Origin: Paraspadella gotoi
Taxonomy: Eukaryota > Animalia > Chaetognatha
Assembly: GCA_051294375.1 (NCBI GenBank)
Contig: CM119270.1
Span: forward strand, 14,330,323 to 14,394,322
Direction of reading: 5' to 3'
DNA: 64,000 bases
Shown here: positions 48,049 to 62,535 of the stretch, one piece after another
Layout of the letters: each line of letters begins with the position of its first letter
How positions within the stretch are numbered: position 1 is the stretch's first letter
Program-made: the position numbers and the translations under genes
Notes under the pieces: generated by a model
Told to the model about the DNA's origin: nothing
Seen by the model: the letters and a program-made list of their open reading frames with translations, nothing else
Database searches by the model: none

Positions 48049-50173
48049 ATCTCTTCTCTCTCTCTCTCACCAAAAACCTACTCTGTAAAATAACCATGCC
48101 AAACGAAGGCTAATGCTAACACTGGGTAAGTGATGTGGATGATGATGACGATGAGGAGGCTGCCTATGAGTTTGATGAGCATTAGTTTTAATTTAGGCAG
48201 AGTTTAAAAAAGTAGATGGATAGGGAGAGGATGGACGAGAAATTTGGATGATGGTGGGGGAGTTCGTTGGGTAGGGACGGTGAAGGTCTTCGGGCGAGTG
48301 GAAAAAGGGTCTAGTTGCGATCGATGGAGGTTCAATTTTCAGTTTGGTAAGTTGGTCAACGAAGAGAGAAAGTTTGATTCTTGTCGTGACCAAAAGAAAA
48401 CCAGTTAAATTAAGGGAAAACGAAGAAATTCGGAGAAAGGAAGGAAAAAGAAAGACAGGGAGAGGAGGAAGAGAGAGAAGGAGAGACGAGAGAGAGAGAG
48501 AGAGTAAGACTGAACTTGCCACATCTAACTGAATTTTAATCTGACACTTTCATTAATTAATTTCTGAATCTTTCCTTCCCACTTAATCGAACGCTATCAG
48601 CTCAATGTTTCCATAAATTTGCGTTACGTAAGATCACAGACGCGTAATCAATTTAAAACGTTTTTTTATTTTTAATTTACAGCCCTGGTTTGGGCAAAAG
48701 TGTAAAAATTCCAAACCAAAAGTCTTTTTTTAAATATGAAACCAAAAATCAATAAAACATAAAATTATCGTAAAATACTTTCCACGCTAATTAAGGAAAG
48801 ACTTTGCCTCGTTTAAAAATCTTTCTTCGGCAAATTAATATAGAGATTCCTAAAACTTAAAATAAACAGAGAGAGAGAACTTCTCGCCACACGAATGGTA
48901 AAAACCCAAAACCGGTATTAACGGTCTCAATTTATCTACGTAGATTCCGACGAAAAAGATCGTCCAATCCTGGAAACGAAAAAAAGAATCTCGAGTCCTG
49001 TTTGCGTCCCCCCAAAAAAGTCGTCGACATCCCCCTGATATATGGAACGGCGACGATTTCGGGAATTACGAGCATTCACCGCTTTTTTTCTTTCTCTCTT
49101 CTTTTCTCTATTTTCGAACTCGACTTAATTGACTTGAGCGTAAATAACAATCAAACCAGCTCAAGTAATTGTTTTTTTTCGTTCAGTCTTACGTCAATCT
49201 TTCTCAGTCTCTCTTCCCGTTTCTTACTTCTAAATTTAATGATTAGTTATTTTTTAAAACTACGCGCTTTTGTTTTTTTTTTCCTTCTTTCGTTCGATAT
49301 TTTAACTTTGTTTTTGTTTTGACTTTGACGAAAAGGAGAAGAAATTATTGTTTACGTAAAACAAACGAAGCTTATGCACGGAGAGAAGAGAAGACGAAGG
49401 AGAGAGGCGAGGGGAGAAGAGAGCATCAATAGCTTTTTTCTTCTTAAAAAAAAAGTAAAATTGAAAACAAAAGATGAAAAACGAAAAGAGGGCAAGAATT
49501 TTTTTTTCTTTTAGGTTTTATTTTTTCGAATATTTTTCGAATTCATTTTCTCATCACGTTGCCACGAGAACTTTCACGAATCTCGTGACGCCATCACCGT
49601 CCAGCGTCGCGTCACCGTTTCGACTTCGCCGTGTCCGATTTTCGCCGCGGCCCGATTTCTTCGTCGTTCGTTCGCCGTCGCCTATTCGCCGTCACTGCAT
49701 CAAAGTAGCAGGCGACGCTTCCGCATTGTTTTGCCGCGCTCTTCGGCGGAATTGACGACGATGTGTCTGGATTGTTTTTTTGTTGTTGTTGTTTGGGTGG
49801 GCGTGGCCCTATCAGTTTTGGTTTTGTTTATTATATTTTGTTTTTGTCGAGTTTTTCTTTTCGTAGCTTTTTTTTTGTTTTGTTATTGAGGAAGTAAATT
49901 CGGAAATTCGGTTTTTATTTCTTCGCGGGTTAAGTTTTTTTTTAATGGAATGTTTTTATTTATAAATTGTGCGCTTTTTTAAATTAAAAAAGGCTCGTCT
50001 GATGAAGAAGAGGAGTAAAAGAGGAGAATATAAACAGCGACCCAAAAAAAATTTGAAAAAAATGAACTGATGTCTTGAATTTTTCGGTTTCGACTGAGAG
50101 CGAGAGAGATTCACCTTACTTTTTGTGTTGGATTTGACGAGAAGAGAGGAGGGAGAGAGAGGTGGCAGAGATA

Positions 50174-50204
<31 letters not shown>

Positions 50205-50649
50205 ACAGATCGAAGCGGAAAAAGTGTTTAAATACCCAAGTTATTTAGAATTAAAAGTATAAAAAAGGATAATTCGGGACACGAGGGAGAGAGCGAGAGG
50301 GGAAACTGAGAGAGAGAGAGAGAGAGAGGATCCGGGAGGAGAGAGGAGAAGAAGAGACGAAGGTAAAAAAGGAGGAAAGGAGGAGGAAGATGAGCCCCGA
50401 ATCCTTTAAAAGGAAGGACCCGAGAGATGCTAAACAAATGCAGATCGAGATCCAACTATTCGAAGCGGATTCGTCGCAACGACGACGGACGGACGACGAC
50501 GGCTACCACGACGACGACGAAGAGGAAAGAGCGCGACAACAACGACGATGACGACGACGACGACGACGATGCGTCGGCGGCTGGCGAACTTCTTCCAAAC
50601 TCGGCGCGCGCTCGCGTGTACTGGCCGCGTCTCGCGCCTCGCGCCTCGC

Positions 50650-50740
<91 letters not shown>

Positions 50741-50882
50741 AACAGGGCTCCTCGTTTTCTTTTCATTTATCCCTTCCTTTTTCCTCCTTTTTCCTTCTCC
50801 ATTCCTTTTCCTTTTTTTTATCGTCGGGGATGGCTTCTCGAGTTTGATTGCGTTTCGTCGTCGTCCTTCGTTCCTCGTGCGT

Positions 50883-50914
<32 letters not shown>

Positions 50915-52687
50915 TCTCCTTCTCGACTTTGTCATTGTCTCAATCCCTTTTTAAATTTTTCCGAACGTTCATGTGAACCCGAAGAATTACTGGACTGGAA
51001 ATGCGATGCAATATGCCTCGCGCAATACTGTTTATTAATATTATATTATATAATAATTATAATTAAAAATAATAATCTCGACGAGAAATTGTCTTATTTG
51101 CTTTTAGTTTAGTAAGGTTTACTTTTTGTTCTTGTTCATATTGTTTACTTTAGCCTTTTTTTTCTTAGTCTACGTTGTGTCATTGACTCGCGTTTTATTT
51201 CTTATCTTTGGATCCGAGTCAATTCCGTTCTGAATTCCATCCCTTGATTCCATCTCAGATTCCATTTCTGTCATCGATATGGATCTGGCTGTTATAACTG
51301 CGGCCAACGACGGTCGTCATTCGGATTCATTGGTCGGTCCGTCGGTCGAGCGGCCAATCGCTTTAGTCTTTGAGTTCACTTCCGTTACTTTTAATTTTAT
51401 ATCAAAGTCCCTTAATGAGAACTGAGAATTTTTTTAAAATGTCATGCGAAGTGAACAAACGAACAAATAAGCGATTCATATGACAAAAACGACTGAACAA
51501 AGATGCAAACAACATTGCAGATCTAGGAGAGACAATTTATTTAAGTTAAGTAAATGCGACTTTATTGGTCTCTACTAGTTGCAATGGGTTGTATTTGCAT
51601 CTTTGTTCAGTCGTTTGTCAATATGAATCGCTTATTTGTTCGTTTGTTCACTTCGCATACCACGTTAAATCTCAGTCTCAATCCCTTCGGTCTCAGGACC
51701 ATCGCTCTAATTCTCTCTCCCCTCCTCTCTTTATCTCCTTTAGAAGGAAAAGCGAGAGGCCTCAAACTGCGACACCAAAAGCTCCTACGCCCAAAGCGCA
51801 GCACACCAGCGGATTTCCACATTCCAATCGTCAATCGGGAATTGAACTGTCTTCTCTCTCTCTCTTCCTCTCTCTCTCTCTCTCTCTCCTCTCCTCTCTC
51901 TCTCTCTCTCTCCCTCTCTCTCTCTCCTCCTCTCTCTCTCTTCTCTCTCTCTCTCACCCCCCTCACTCTCGTTTTTGTCCAACGAGAAAAGAAATCTCGA
52001 ATATGCAAATGAAGTTTGCGGTACGTCCCGCGGACTCAAAGTAGCCGGAAACAATTGCCAGTTGCCGCGGGATCGGGACGGCGATCGTGGTGGTAGGGCG
52101 GTTCAGAAGACTGCGGCAGAGGAGATGGTGAAGTGGTCACTGTTCAGGAAGATAGGGATTCGGCGTTGAGGATCGCAGTAGTGGCAATAGTGGGTGATCG
52201 TAACTGTTGAAGTTTTACGGACAGGAGCGGCGGATTTTTGGAGCCGATTGACGAAACCAATGAGCTCACGATTTTTTGGGGACGGCCAGACCGTTTTGTC
52301 CCTGGCTTAGACGATTCTTCGAAGGAAGGCCTTTTTCTTTTTTGGATTTTGTTTTAGTTTTTCTTTTGTACTTTTCTTCTTCCTTTTCTTCTTTCTTTCT
52401 TTCTTTCTTTCTTTCTTTTCTTCTTTTCTTTCTTTTCTTCTCTTTCGGTTCTTTCTTTCTTTCTTTCTTTCTTTTCTTTTTTTTCTCAATTGTGATGGGT
52501 TAAATAATTTCGTATTTTCTCCCTTTTTTCAAAACACCGTCTAAAAAAAAATATCCAAAGCGAAAACAAAAAAAAAGTTAAAAAATGGATTCCTTTCATT
52601 TTCTTTCTACGATCTCGACCGCCGCATTCCATTTCGGAATCCGGCTGAAGAATCGCCGGCAATGAGCGGGACGCATGGCTAATGCAG

Positions 52688-52736
<49 letters not shown>

Positions 52737-52826
52737 CTCTCTCTCATCTCTCTCTCTCTCTTCTTTCTCCTTCTCTCTCTCTCTCTCCCGCGGCCCCTTT
52801 TCTCAAACCCCTTGGTTTTTTTTCGT

Positions 52827-52873
<47 letters not shown>

Positions 52874-53829
52874 CTTGATGTCGTCGTCGTCGTTCGACTT
52901 TGTCTGCGTTGAACAGACTTTTGTCGTCTCATCGAGAGAGTAAAAAATTTCATGGTCACTTCTTCCCTTTTTTAAAGCATATACATAATGGAGAAGTGTT
53001 AGGAGGGAAGGGATGGCAGCGGACGCGAAAGGAGCGGCGCGCGAGAGTGTGTGTGTGAGAGGAAAGAGAGAGAGAGAGAGCAGAGAGAGCGAGAGAGAGA
53101 GAAGAGAAGATGAGAGAGAGAAGAAGGAGAGAGAGAGAGAGAGATACTGGCGACAAGGTTGACGCCGGATTAGCGCCGTCATCACGCTTGCCGCGAAATC
53201 CGGATACGACGACGACGACGACGACGACATCGAAGATCGAAAAAGCAGAAATTGAGACGTCGAGGTGAGAGGGAGCGGAGGTGAGTTGGAGTGGAGATCA
53301 GGTGGAGCGGAGGTGAGAGGGAGCGGAGGTGAGTTGGAGTGGAGATCAGGTGTAGCGGAAGTGAGAGGGAGCTGAGATGAGTTGGAGTGGAGATCATGTG
53401 GAGCGGAGGTGAGGTGAAGAGGAGGTGACGTAGGGTGGAGATGATGTGGAGTGGAGCGAATGTTAGGTGGGAAAAAGTGTGGCGGAATAAATTATGGAAA
53501 GGAGGTTTTCTTAAAAATTTATACATTAAAATACTTTTATACATTTTATCATCATTAAACATTAATTTTTTTAAAATCGCACCTTTATGAAATTTACGAT
53601 ATTGTAATTAAAATCACAATTAAAATTTTCCTACGTGTTTTATTTACATTCTTCTGAAACTCATATTTATAGTTTTTTAAAATCGTTTTTTAAAATCGTA
53701 TTGTAACCATCTCTCCTTATTATCAATAGTCCAACCCTCAGCCCAATCCGTAGCCCAACCCATAGCCCAACCCATCAAGAGGCTTCCGGGAGCCGAGAAA
53801 AGTCCTGATTACATTTTATCGACTCCTCT
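46781..53829 (+). repeat. Large block, copy 3 (equivalent to ~30557-37343), indel-rich
   Basis: Bounded on both sides by 25-N gaps, starts tttctatatatggaaaaaaa and is colinear with copy 1. Confidence 0.95.
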
Positions 53830-53854
53830 NNNNNNNNNNNNNNNNNNNNNNNNN

Positions 53855-55063
53855 TTTCTATATATGGAAAAAAACATGTCGTTCTCTCTTTCTCTTCCGG
53901 CCCTAAAAATGTTTTGGTATCTGGGAAAGGAATCACTCTGATTACAAGCTGATTGCACTTTACTGACCGCTCAATATGTTTATTTAAGTCATGTTTGTTG
54001 GACAAAAATATATTTCGCTAAATTTGAGGTTTAATCCTCCCCGATGAATTTTATGAACATTAATTGAAAATATTAATTATTACTGTCATTTGAATCAGAT
54101 AAAACCAAAAAAACGAATCTTGCTGACCTTATAGCCAAATGAAACCAAAAACAGCGCGAGAAATAAAAAGCAACCAAAGAAAAAAGGAAATAAGCAACAA
54201 AAAAAAAAGAGCAACGGAGCAACAGAAGAGAGAGAAACGTCGAGACACGAAGAGGTTAAACGACGGGAGAGAGGAGAAAGGGAAAGAGGAAGGAGTCTTT
54301 GCGGCTAAAAAAGCTAAGGGGAGAAAGGAAGAGGAGGAAGAGTGCGGAAAAAAAGATGCAACGGCGATGCAAACAAACCCGGGCGGGCAAAACAATAAAC
54401 AACAACAACGGCGTCGAAGACGACGACGACGACGACGACGACGACGCCGGACGGAGAGAAAAAAGTTTGCGACGGGATGCGAATTAAACGGCCACGTTGG
54501 CGTCGTTGGCGTCGTTGGCGTCGTTGGCGTCGTTGGCGTTTTGGCGTGGGAAATGGCGCCGATTGATTTGGCGGGAAATTATTGTAACGAGATTTTTTTT
54601 CTTCGGAACGAGAGCCGGTATAATTCAAGGCTTAAATGTGGAGCGAACTATTGTACAGGTGCGCTTTGATTTTGAAGAATATGGCGGACTATGGTATGCA
54701 TGGGTATGCAACAAGGTATCGCTTTAAATGGCAAAGAAACGAAACTATTAATCGAACACATCAAAGTAAATTTTTATTTCAATAAAAGTTATCATTCTTT
54801 GGTTACTGACAATTGCCCGATTACAGAAGATTGATCTGCCGATAATTTTTTTCAAGTTTCTTGTTCTTATCTTATTTTATAGGTTTTAGGAAAATACTAA
54901 GTTTTTAATAGCTTGTTAGCGAGGATGAAAAATGCTCAGACATACCACGTCTACGCGGACTCTTGCAAAATAATTTGAAAAATACAACCGTTTGTCTAGA
55001 AGGTTCCATTAGTTTTTCCCAAAAGAAAAGACAAGAATCCTCTCTGACTCTCTCTCTCTCTCT

Positions 55064-55095
<32 letters not shown>

Positions 55096-55102
55096 TCTCT
55101 CC

Positions 55103-55138
<36 letters not shown>

Positions 55139-57772
55139 ATCTCTTCTCTCTCTCTCTCACCAAAACCTACTCTGTGAAAATAACCATGCCAAAACGAAGG
55201 CTAATGTACACTGGGTAAGTGATGTGGATGATTGATGACGATGATGGAGGCTGCCTATGAGTTTGATGAGGTCATTAGTTTTAATTTTAGGCAGAGGTTT
55301 TAAAAAAGTAGATGGATAGGGAGAGGATGGAACGAGAAATTTGGATGATGGTGGGGGAGTTCGTTGGTAGGGACGGTGAAGTCTTCGGGCGATGGAAAAA
55401 GGGTCTAGTTGGATCGATGGAGGTCAATTTTCAGTTTGGTAAGTTGGTCAAGAGAGAGAAAGTTGATTCTTGTCGTGACCAAAAGAAAACCAGTTAATTA
55501 AGGGAAAACGAAGAAATTCTGAGAAGGAGAGAAAAAAGCGAGAGGAAGAAGAGGAGGAGAAGGAGAGGACGAGAGAGAGAGAGAGAGTAAGACTGAACTT
55601 GCACATCTAAACTGAATGTGTTAATCTGAACTTTTCATTAATTAATTTCTGAATCCTTTCCTTCCCACTTAATCGAACGCTATCAGCTCAATTGTTTCCA
55701 TAAATTTGCGTTACGTAAGATCACAGAGCGTAATCAATTTTAAAACGTTTTTTTATTTTTAATTTACAGCCATGGTTTGGGCAAAAGTGTAAAAATTCCA
55801 AACCAAAAGTCTTTTTTAAATAATGAAACCAAAAATCAATAAAACATAAAATTATCGTAAAATACTTTCCACGCTTAATTAAGGAAAAGACTTTGCCTCG
55901 TTAAAAATCTTTCTTCGGCAAATTAATATAGAGATCCCTAAAACTTAAAATAAACAGAGAGAGGAGAACTTCTCGCCACACGAATCGGTAAAAACCCAAA
56001 CCGGTATTAACGCTCAATTATCTACGTAGATTCCGACGAAAAAGATCGTCCAATCCTGGAAACGAAAAAAGAATCTCGATCCTGTTTGGCGTCCCCCCCA
56101 AAAAAATGTCGTCGACATCCCCTGATATATGGAACGGGACGATTTCGGGAATTACGAGATTCACCGCTTTTTTCTTCTCTCTTTCTTTTCTCTATTTTCG
56201 AACTCGACTTAATGACTTGAGCGTAAATAACATCAAACCAGCTCCAAGTTAATTGTTTTTTTTCGTTCAGTCTTACGTCAATCTTTCTCAGTCTCTTCTT
56301 CCCGTTTCTTACTTTCTAAATTTAATGATTAGTTATTTTTTAAAACTACGCGCTTTTGTTTTTTTTTTCCTTCTTTCGTTCGAATATTTTAACTTTGTTT
56401 TTGTTTTGACTTTGGACGAAAAGGAGAAGAAATATTGTTTACGTAAAACAAACGAAGCTTATGACGGAGAGAAGAGAAGACGAAGGAGGAGAGGCGAGGG
56501 GGAGAGAGCTCAATAGCTTTTTTCTTCTTAAAAAAAAAGTAAAAGTTGAAAACAAAAGATGAAAACGAAAAGACGGGCAAGAATTTTTTTTTTCTTTTAG
56601 GTTTTATTTTTTCGAATATTTTTCGAATTCATTTTCTCATCACGTTGCCACGAGAACTTTCACGAATCTCGTGACGCCATCACCGTCCAGCGTCGCGTCA
56701 CCGTTTCGACTTCGCCGTGTCCGATTTTCGCCGCGGCCCGATTTCTTTCGTCGTTCGTTCGCCGTCGCCTATTCGCCGTCAACTGCATCAAAGTAGCAGG
56801 GCGACGGCTTCCCGCATTGTTTTGCCGCGCGTCTTCGGCGGATTGACGACGATGTGTCTGGATTGTTTTTTTGTTGTTGTTGTTTGGGTAGGCGTGGCCC
56901 TATCAGTTTTGGTTTGTTTATTTATTTGTTTTTGCGTCGCAGTTTTTCTTTTCGTAGCTTTTTTTTGTTTTGTTATTGAGGAAGTAAATTCGGAAATTCG
57001 GTTTTTATTTCTTCGCGGGTTAAGTTTTTTTTTTAATGGAATGTTGTTTATTTATAAATTGTGGCTTTTTTAAATTAAAAAAGGCTCGTCTGATGAGAGA
57101 AGAGGAGTAAAAGAGGGAGAGATATAAAACAGCGACCCAAAAAAAAATTTTGAAAAAATGAACTGATGTCTTGAATTTTTTCGGTTCGACTGAGAGCGAG
57201 AGAATTCACCTTACTTTTTGTGTTGGATTTGACGAGAAGAGAGGAGGGAGAGAGAGGTGGCAGAGATATAAAAAAAAGAAGAGAGAGAGAGAGAGAGACA
57301 GATGAGCGGAAAAAAGTGTTTAAATACGCGAAGAGTTATAATTAGTTTTAAAGTAATAAAAAAGGATAACTCGGGACACGGAGGGCAGAGAGCCGAGAGG
57401 GAAACTGATGAGAGAGAGAGAGAGAGAGGATTCCGGAAGAGAGAGAGAGAAGAGAGAGACGAGAGTAAAAGGAGGAAAGGAGGAGGAAGATGAGCCCCGA
57501 TCCTTTAAAAGGAAGGGACCCGAGAGATGCTAACCAAATGCAGATCGAGATCCAACTATTCGAAGCGCGATTCTCGCAACGACGACGGACGGACGACGAC
57601 GGCTACCACGACGACGACGAAGAGGAAAGAGCGCGACAACAACGACGATGACGACGACGACGACGACGATGCGTCGGGCGGCTGGCGAACTTCTTCCCAA
57701 ACTACGGCGGCGCGCTCGCGTGTACTGGCCGCGTCTCGCCGCCTCGCGCCTCGCGTTCAATCTCTTCTCTCT

Positions 57773-57848
<76 letters not shown>

Positions 57849-59811
57849 AACAGGGCTCTCGTTTTCTTTCATTTATCCCTTCCTTTTCCTCCTTTTTCCT
57901 TCTCCATTCCTTTTCCTTTGTTTTTTCGTCGGGGATGGCTTCTCGAGTTGATTGCGTTTCGTCGTCGGTCTTCGTCCTCGTCGTTCGTCGTCGCGTCGTC
58001 GTCGTCGTCGTCGTCGTCTCTCTCGACTTTGTCATTGTCTCAATCCCTTTTTAAATTTTCCGAACGTTCATAGTGACCCGAAGAATTACTGGGCTGAAAT
58101 GCGATGCAATATGGCCTCGCGCAATACTGTTTATTAATATATATTATATAATAATTATAATTAAAAATAATAATCTCGACGAGAAATTGTCTTATTTGCT
58201 TTTAGTTTAGTAAGGTTTACTTTCTTGTTCTTGTTCATATTGTTTACTTTAGCCTTTTTTTTCTTAGTTCTACGTTGTGTCATTGACTCGCGTTTTATTT
58301 TCTTATCTTTGGATCCGAGTCCAATTCCGTTTCTGAATTCCATCCCTGATTCCATCTCAGAGTTTCCATTTCTGTCATCGATATGATCTGGCTGTTATAA
58401 CTGCGGCCAACGACGCGGTCGTCATTCGGATTCATTGGTCGGTCCGTCGGTTCGAGGTCGGCCAATCGCTTTGGTCTTTTAGTTCCATTCCGTTACTTTT
58501 AATTTTTATATCAAAGTCCTTAATGGAGAACTGAGAATTTTTTAAAATGGTCATGCGAAGTGAACAAACGAAACAAATAAGCGATTCATATGACAAAACG
58601 ACTGAACAAAGATGCAAACAACCATTGCAGATCTAGGAGAGACAATTTATTTAAGTTAAGTTAAATGCGACTTTATTGTCTCTACTAGGTTGCAATGGTT
58701 GTATTTGCATCTTTGTTCAGTCGTTTGTCAATATGAATCGCTTATTTGTTCGTTTGTTCACTTCGCATACCACTTATAAATTTCTCAGTCTCATCCCCTT
58801 CGGTCTCAGGACCATCGCTCTAATTCTCTCTCTCCCTCCCTCTTTATCTCCTTTAGAGGAAAAGCGAGAGGCCTCAAACTGCGACCAACAAAAGTTCCTC
58901 AAGCCCAGCAAGCGACCGCAACACCAGCGGATTTCCACTATTCCAAATCGTCAATCGGGAATTGAACTGCTCTCTCTCTCTCTTCTCTCCTCTCTCTCTC
59001 TCCTCCTCTCTCTCTCTCTCTTCTCTCTCTCCCTCTCTCTCCTCTCCTCTCTCTCTCTCCTCTTCTCTCTCTCTCACCCCCCTCACTCTCGTTTTTGTCC
59101 AACGAGAAGAAAATCTCGAATACTGCAAATGAGTTTGCGGACGTCCCGCGGACCAAAGTAGCCGGAAACAATTGCGAGTTGCCGCAGGGATCGGGACGGC
59201 GATCGTGGGTGGTAGGGGCGTTCAGAAGACTGCGGCAGAGGAGATGGTGAAGTGGTCACTTTCAGGAAGATAGGGATCGGCGTTGGAGGATCGCAGGTAG
59301 TGGCAATAGTGGGTGATCGTACTGTTGAAGTTTTACGGACAGGACCGGCGGATTTTTGGAGCCGATTGACGAACCAATGAGCTCACGATTTTTTGGGGGA
59401 CGGCCAGACCGTTTTGTCCCTGGCTTAGACGATCTTCGAAGGAAGGCTTTTTCTTTTTTGGATTTTGTTTTAAGTTTTTCTTTTGTACTTTTCTTTTCCT
59501 TTCTTCTTTCTTTCTTTCTTTCTTTCTTTCTTTTCGTTCTTTTCTTTCTTCTTCTTCTTTCGGTTCTTTCTTTCTTTCTTTCTTTCTTTCTTCTTTTTCT
59601 CATTGTGATTGGGCTTAAATAAGTTTCGTATTTTCTCCCTTTTTCAAAACACCGTCTAAAAAAAATATCCAAAGCGAAAACAAAAAAAAAGTTAAAAAAA
59701 TCGGATTCCTTCATTTTCTTTTCTCGTCTCGACCGCGCATTCCATTTCGGAGATCCCGGCTTGAAGATCCGCCGGCAATGAGCGGGACGCATGGCTAATG
59801 CAGTCCTTTCT

Positions 59812-59869
<58 letters not shown>

Positions 59870-59938
59870 TCTCTCTCTTTCTCCTTCTCCTCTCTCTCCC
59901 CGCGGCCCCTTTCCAAACCCTTGGTTTTTTTTCGTCGT

Positions 59939-59983
<45 letters not shown>

Positions 59984-60166
59984 CTTGATGTCGTCGTCGT
60001 CGTTCGACTTTGTCTGCGTTGAAACAGACTGTTTTGTCTCATCGAGAGAGTAAAAAATTTCATGGTCACTTCTTCCCTTTTTTAAAGCATATACATAATG
60101 AGAAGTGTTAGGAGGGAAGGGATGGAGGAGCGGGAAAGGATAGCGGCCGCGGCGAGGTGTGTGTGT

Positions 60167-60210
<44 letters not shown>

Positions 60211-60969
60211 AGAGAAGAGAGAGAGAGAGAGTAGGAGAGAGAGAGAGAAGATACTGGCGCCAAGGTTTGACGCCGGATTAGCGCCGTCATCACGCTTGCC
60301 GCGAAATCCGGATAACGACGACGACGGACGACGACGACATCGAAGATCGAAAAAAAGCAGAAAATTGAGGACCGGTCGAGGTGAGAGGGAGCGGGAGGTG
60401 AGTGGAGTGGAGATCAGTGGAGCGGAGTGAGAGGGAGCGGAGGTGAGTTGGAGTGGAGACTCAAGGTGTAGCGGAAGTGAGAGGGAGCTGAGATGAGTTG
60501 GAGTGGAGATCATGGTGGAGCGGAGGTTGCAGCGTGACAGAGGAGGTGACGTAGGGTGGCAGATGATGTGGAGATGGAGCGAATGTTAGCGTGGGAAAAA
60601 GTTGCTGGCGAATAAACTTATGGAAAGGAGGTTTCTTAAAAAAATTTATAACATTAAACATACTTTATACATTTTATCATCATTAAACAATAATTTTTTT
60701 AAAATCGGCACCTTTGTATGAAAATTTACGATATTGTAATTAAAATCACAATTAAAATTCCTACGTGTTTTATTTACATTCTTCTGAAACTCATATTTAT
60801 AGTTTTTTTAAAATCGTTTTTTAAAATCGTATTGTAACCCATCTCTCCTTATTATCAAATAGTCCAACCCTTCAAGCCCAATCCGTAGCCCAACCCATAG
60901 CCCAACCCATCAAGAGGCTCCGGGAGCCGAGAAAAGCCTGATTACATTTTATCGACTCCTCTCTCTCCT

Positions 60970-61014
<45 letters not shown>

Positions 61015-62079
61015 ACTCTCTCTCTCTTTCTTCTCTCTCTCTCTCTCCTCTCTGCCAATCGGTTCTCACACGTCGAAAAAGAGACACGCGGCCAGTATTG
61101 GCCTAACCGGAAATTTGCCGTTTCCTGCCATCCCGGATTCGTCTCGCGTTGCCGGCCGCCCCTTTTTCTCCTTCCCTTCCCTACTTCTCCCTACCTTCTC
61201 TCCCTTTCCTTTCTTTCGCTAGTCCCTAATCCTTTAATCCCACACTTTCCTTTCCTTTTCCGTTCAACCTTTCAAATTCCTCGACTCTATGGGTTCTTTG
61301 GACATAATCATTAGGCCTGCACGATCCTTGTTAGCCCGTACTTGTGCAATGTGCATCCCGAAAGAAATGCTGCTATGGCCTCTTCGGTTTTATTTTTCAC
61401 CTTAACTTACCAACTCCTTCCTCAGATTTTGTCTCATAAAGGTGAAATAAAGAGAGCGTGTATTTCAAAAGAAAAGGTTAAACTTAATAAATTAATAAAT
61501 AGTACTCGAAAAAGTATTGTTTTCTTATAGAATAAAATCATTAAAAGCATAGCTTCAGTTTGTTTCATACAGTGTATTTGAGATCGAGAATCGAATAAAC
61601 ATTTACATCGATTTTTCTTTAGCAAGAAAGCTATATATTAAAAATGGAAGACAAAACGACAACGATTTTTCTTTTAAGTTCCAACCGACCCACTCACATT
61701 AATATTTCCCCCAACCCTTCATACAAACAATCATTCAATCCACCTACTACCAATTTAACAAATACATAAAAACACCTTTTCACCACCCTTAAATGGTGTT
61801 CGATTTAAAGTAATCCAACATTCCAACGTTTAATCCACCCCGCCACCGTTTAAGGGGTTCTCGACCCCCTAAAACAACCACTCCGCCATTTCCCCCTCCC
61901 GCCAAAGCCAAGGGGCACAACAGGGGTCAAGCCAATGCAATAAATTGGCTGGCTCAGCTCCGCCACCTCCGGAAAACGATTCCCCTCAGTATATTATAAA
62001 TTGGGGCCAAACCGCCGGGCCGGAAAGAAGGGTCGGGGGGCTGGGGGGAAGGGTTGGGGTGGGGATAGGGTAAGGGAGC
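53855..62079 (+). repeat. Large block, copy 4 (equivalent to ~30557-38441), running into unique sequence
   Basis: Starts after a 25-N gap at the same base as copy 3 and is colinear with copy 1 up to gggtaagggagc. It then continues with unique sequence (ggcggcggctgcggcg). Confidence 0.95.
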
Positions 62080-62100
62080 GGCGGCGGCTGCGGCGCCTCC
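61930..62100 (+). promoter_or_regulatory. Promoter-like patch: inverted CCAAT pair, TATAAA, CCGGAA motifs and G-quadruplex-forming tract (duplicate at ~38295-38440)
   Basis: agccaatgcaataaattggct (CCAAT 61932, ATTGG 61944), tataaa 61995-62000, and eight G3+ runs in 62030-62076. This rests on motifs only, with no transcript evidence. Confidence 0.3.
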
Positions 62101-62344
62101 TCTCACTTCTGCCCTTTGTCAATTTGTTTCTCCTTACTCGGGAGAAAAACCGATAGAAACGAGGACGCTCAAATCCGACGATGCGGAGACAAGTTACTAG
62201 TAATATTCATATTTATATAGTATTTATTAATTGTTATTTAAGATAAAATGAAGGAGAAAGAGGAATCGCAAAATGTCAATTATAAAATAATTGTTTAATA
62301 AACTCTTAGGTTGATTGAATGATATTGTAATTTGGCATTTGTGG

Positions 62345-62535
62345 AAGACGATGCCGCGAACAGTTTACCGTCCGTTACACACAAAGTCCCGAACTTCGGA
62401 TCGGGCTGTAGTCCGACACTACAGGTGGGTTAAACGCCCCGTCCCGCTTTTACTAGTGTGAATCAGCAGGGCGCGAACCCGAGTCCTTTGGGTTGGGAGG
62501 AGCTCGTGCTACCTCCGGCGCCATAGGTGCTGCTG
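62345..62535 (-). mobile_element. tRNA-derived SINE-like element (Pol III A/B-box head plus GC-rich body)
   Basis: The minus strand reads gcacctaTGGCGCCGGAGGtagcacgagctcctcccaacccaaaggactcgGGTTCGCGCCctgc, giving A-box-like and B-box-like motifs at tRNA spacing with a partial T arm. The acceptor stem does not pair, so this is not a functional tRNA. It is a GC-rich island in AT-rich flanks. The 3' boundary is approximate. Confidence 0.5.

Noticed and set aside
62455-62530. Functional tRNA gene on the minus strand
   Set aside because: The acceptor stem does not pair, the T-loop lacks the invariant A (TTCGCGC) and the anticodon arm is irregular. It is better explained as a SINE head.
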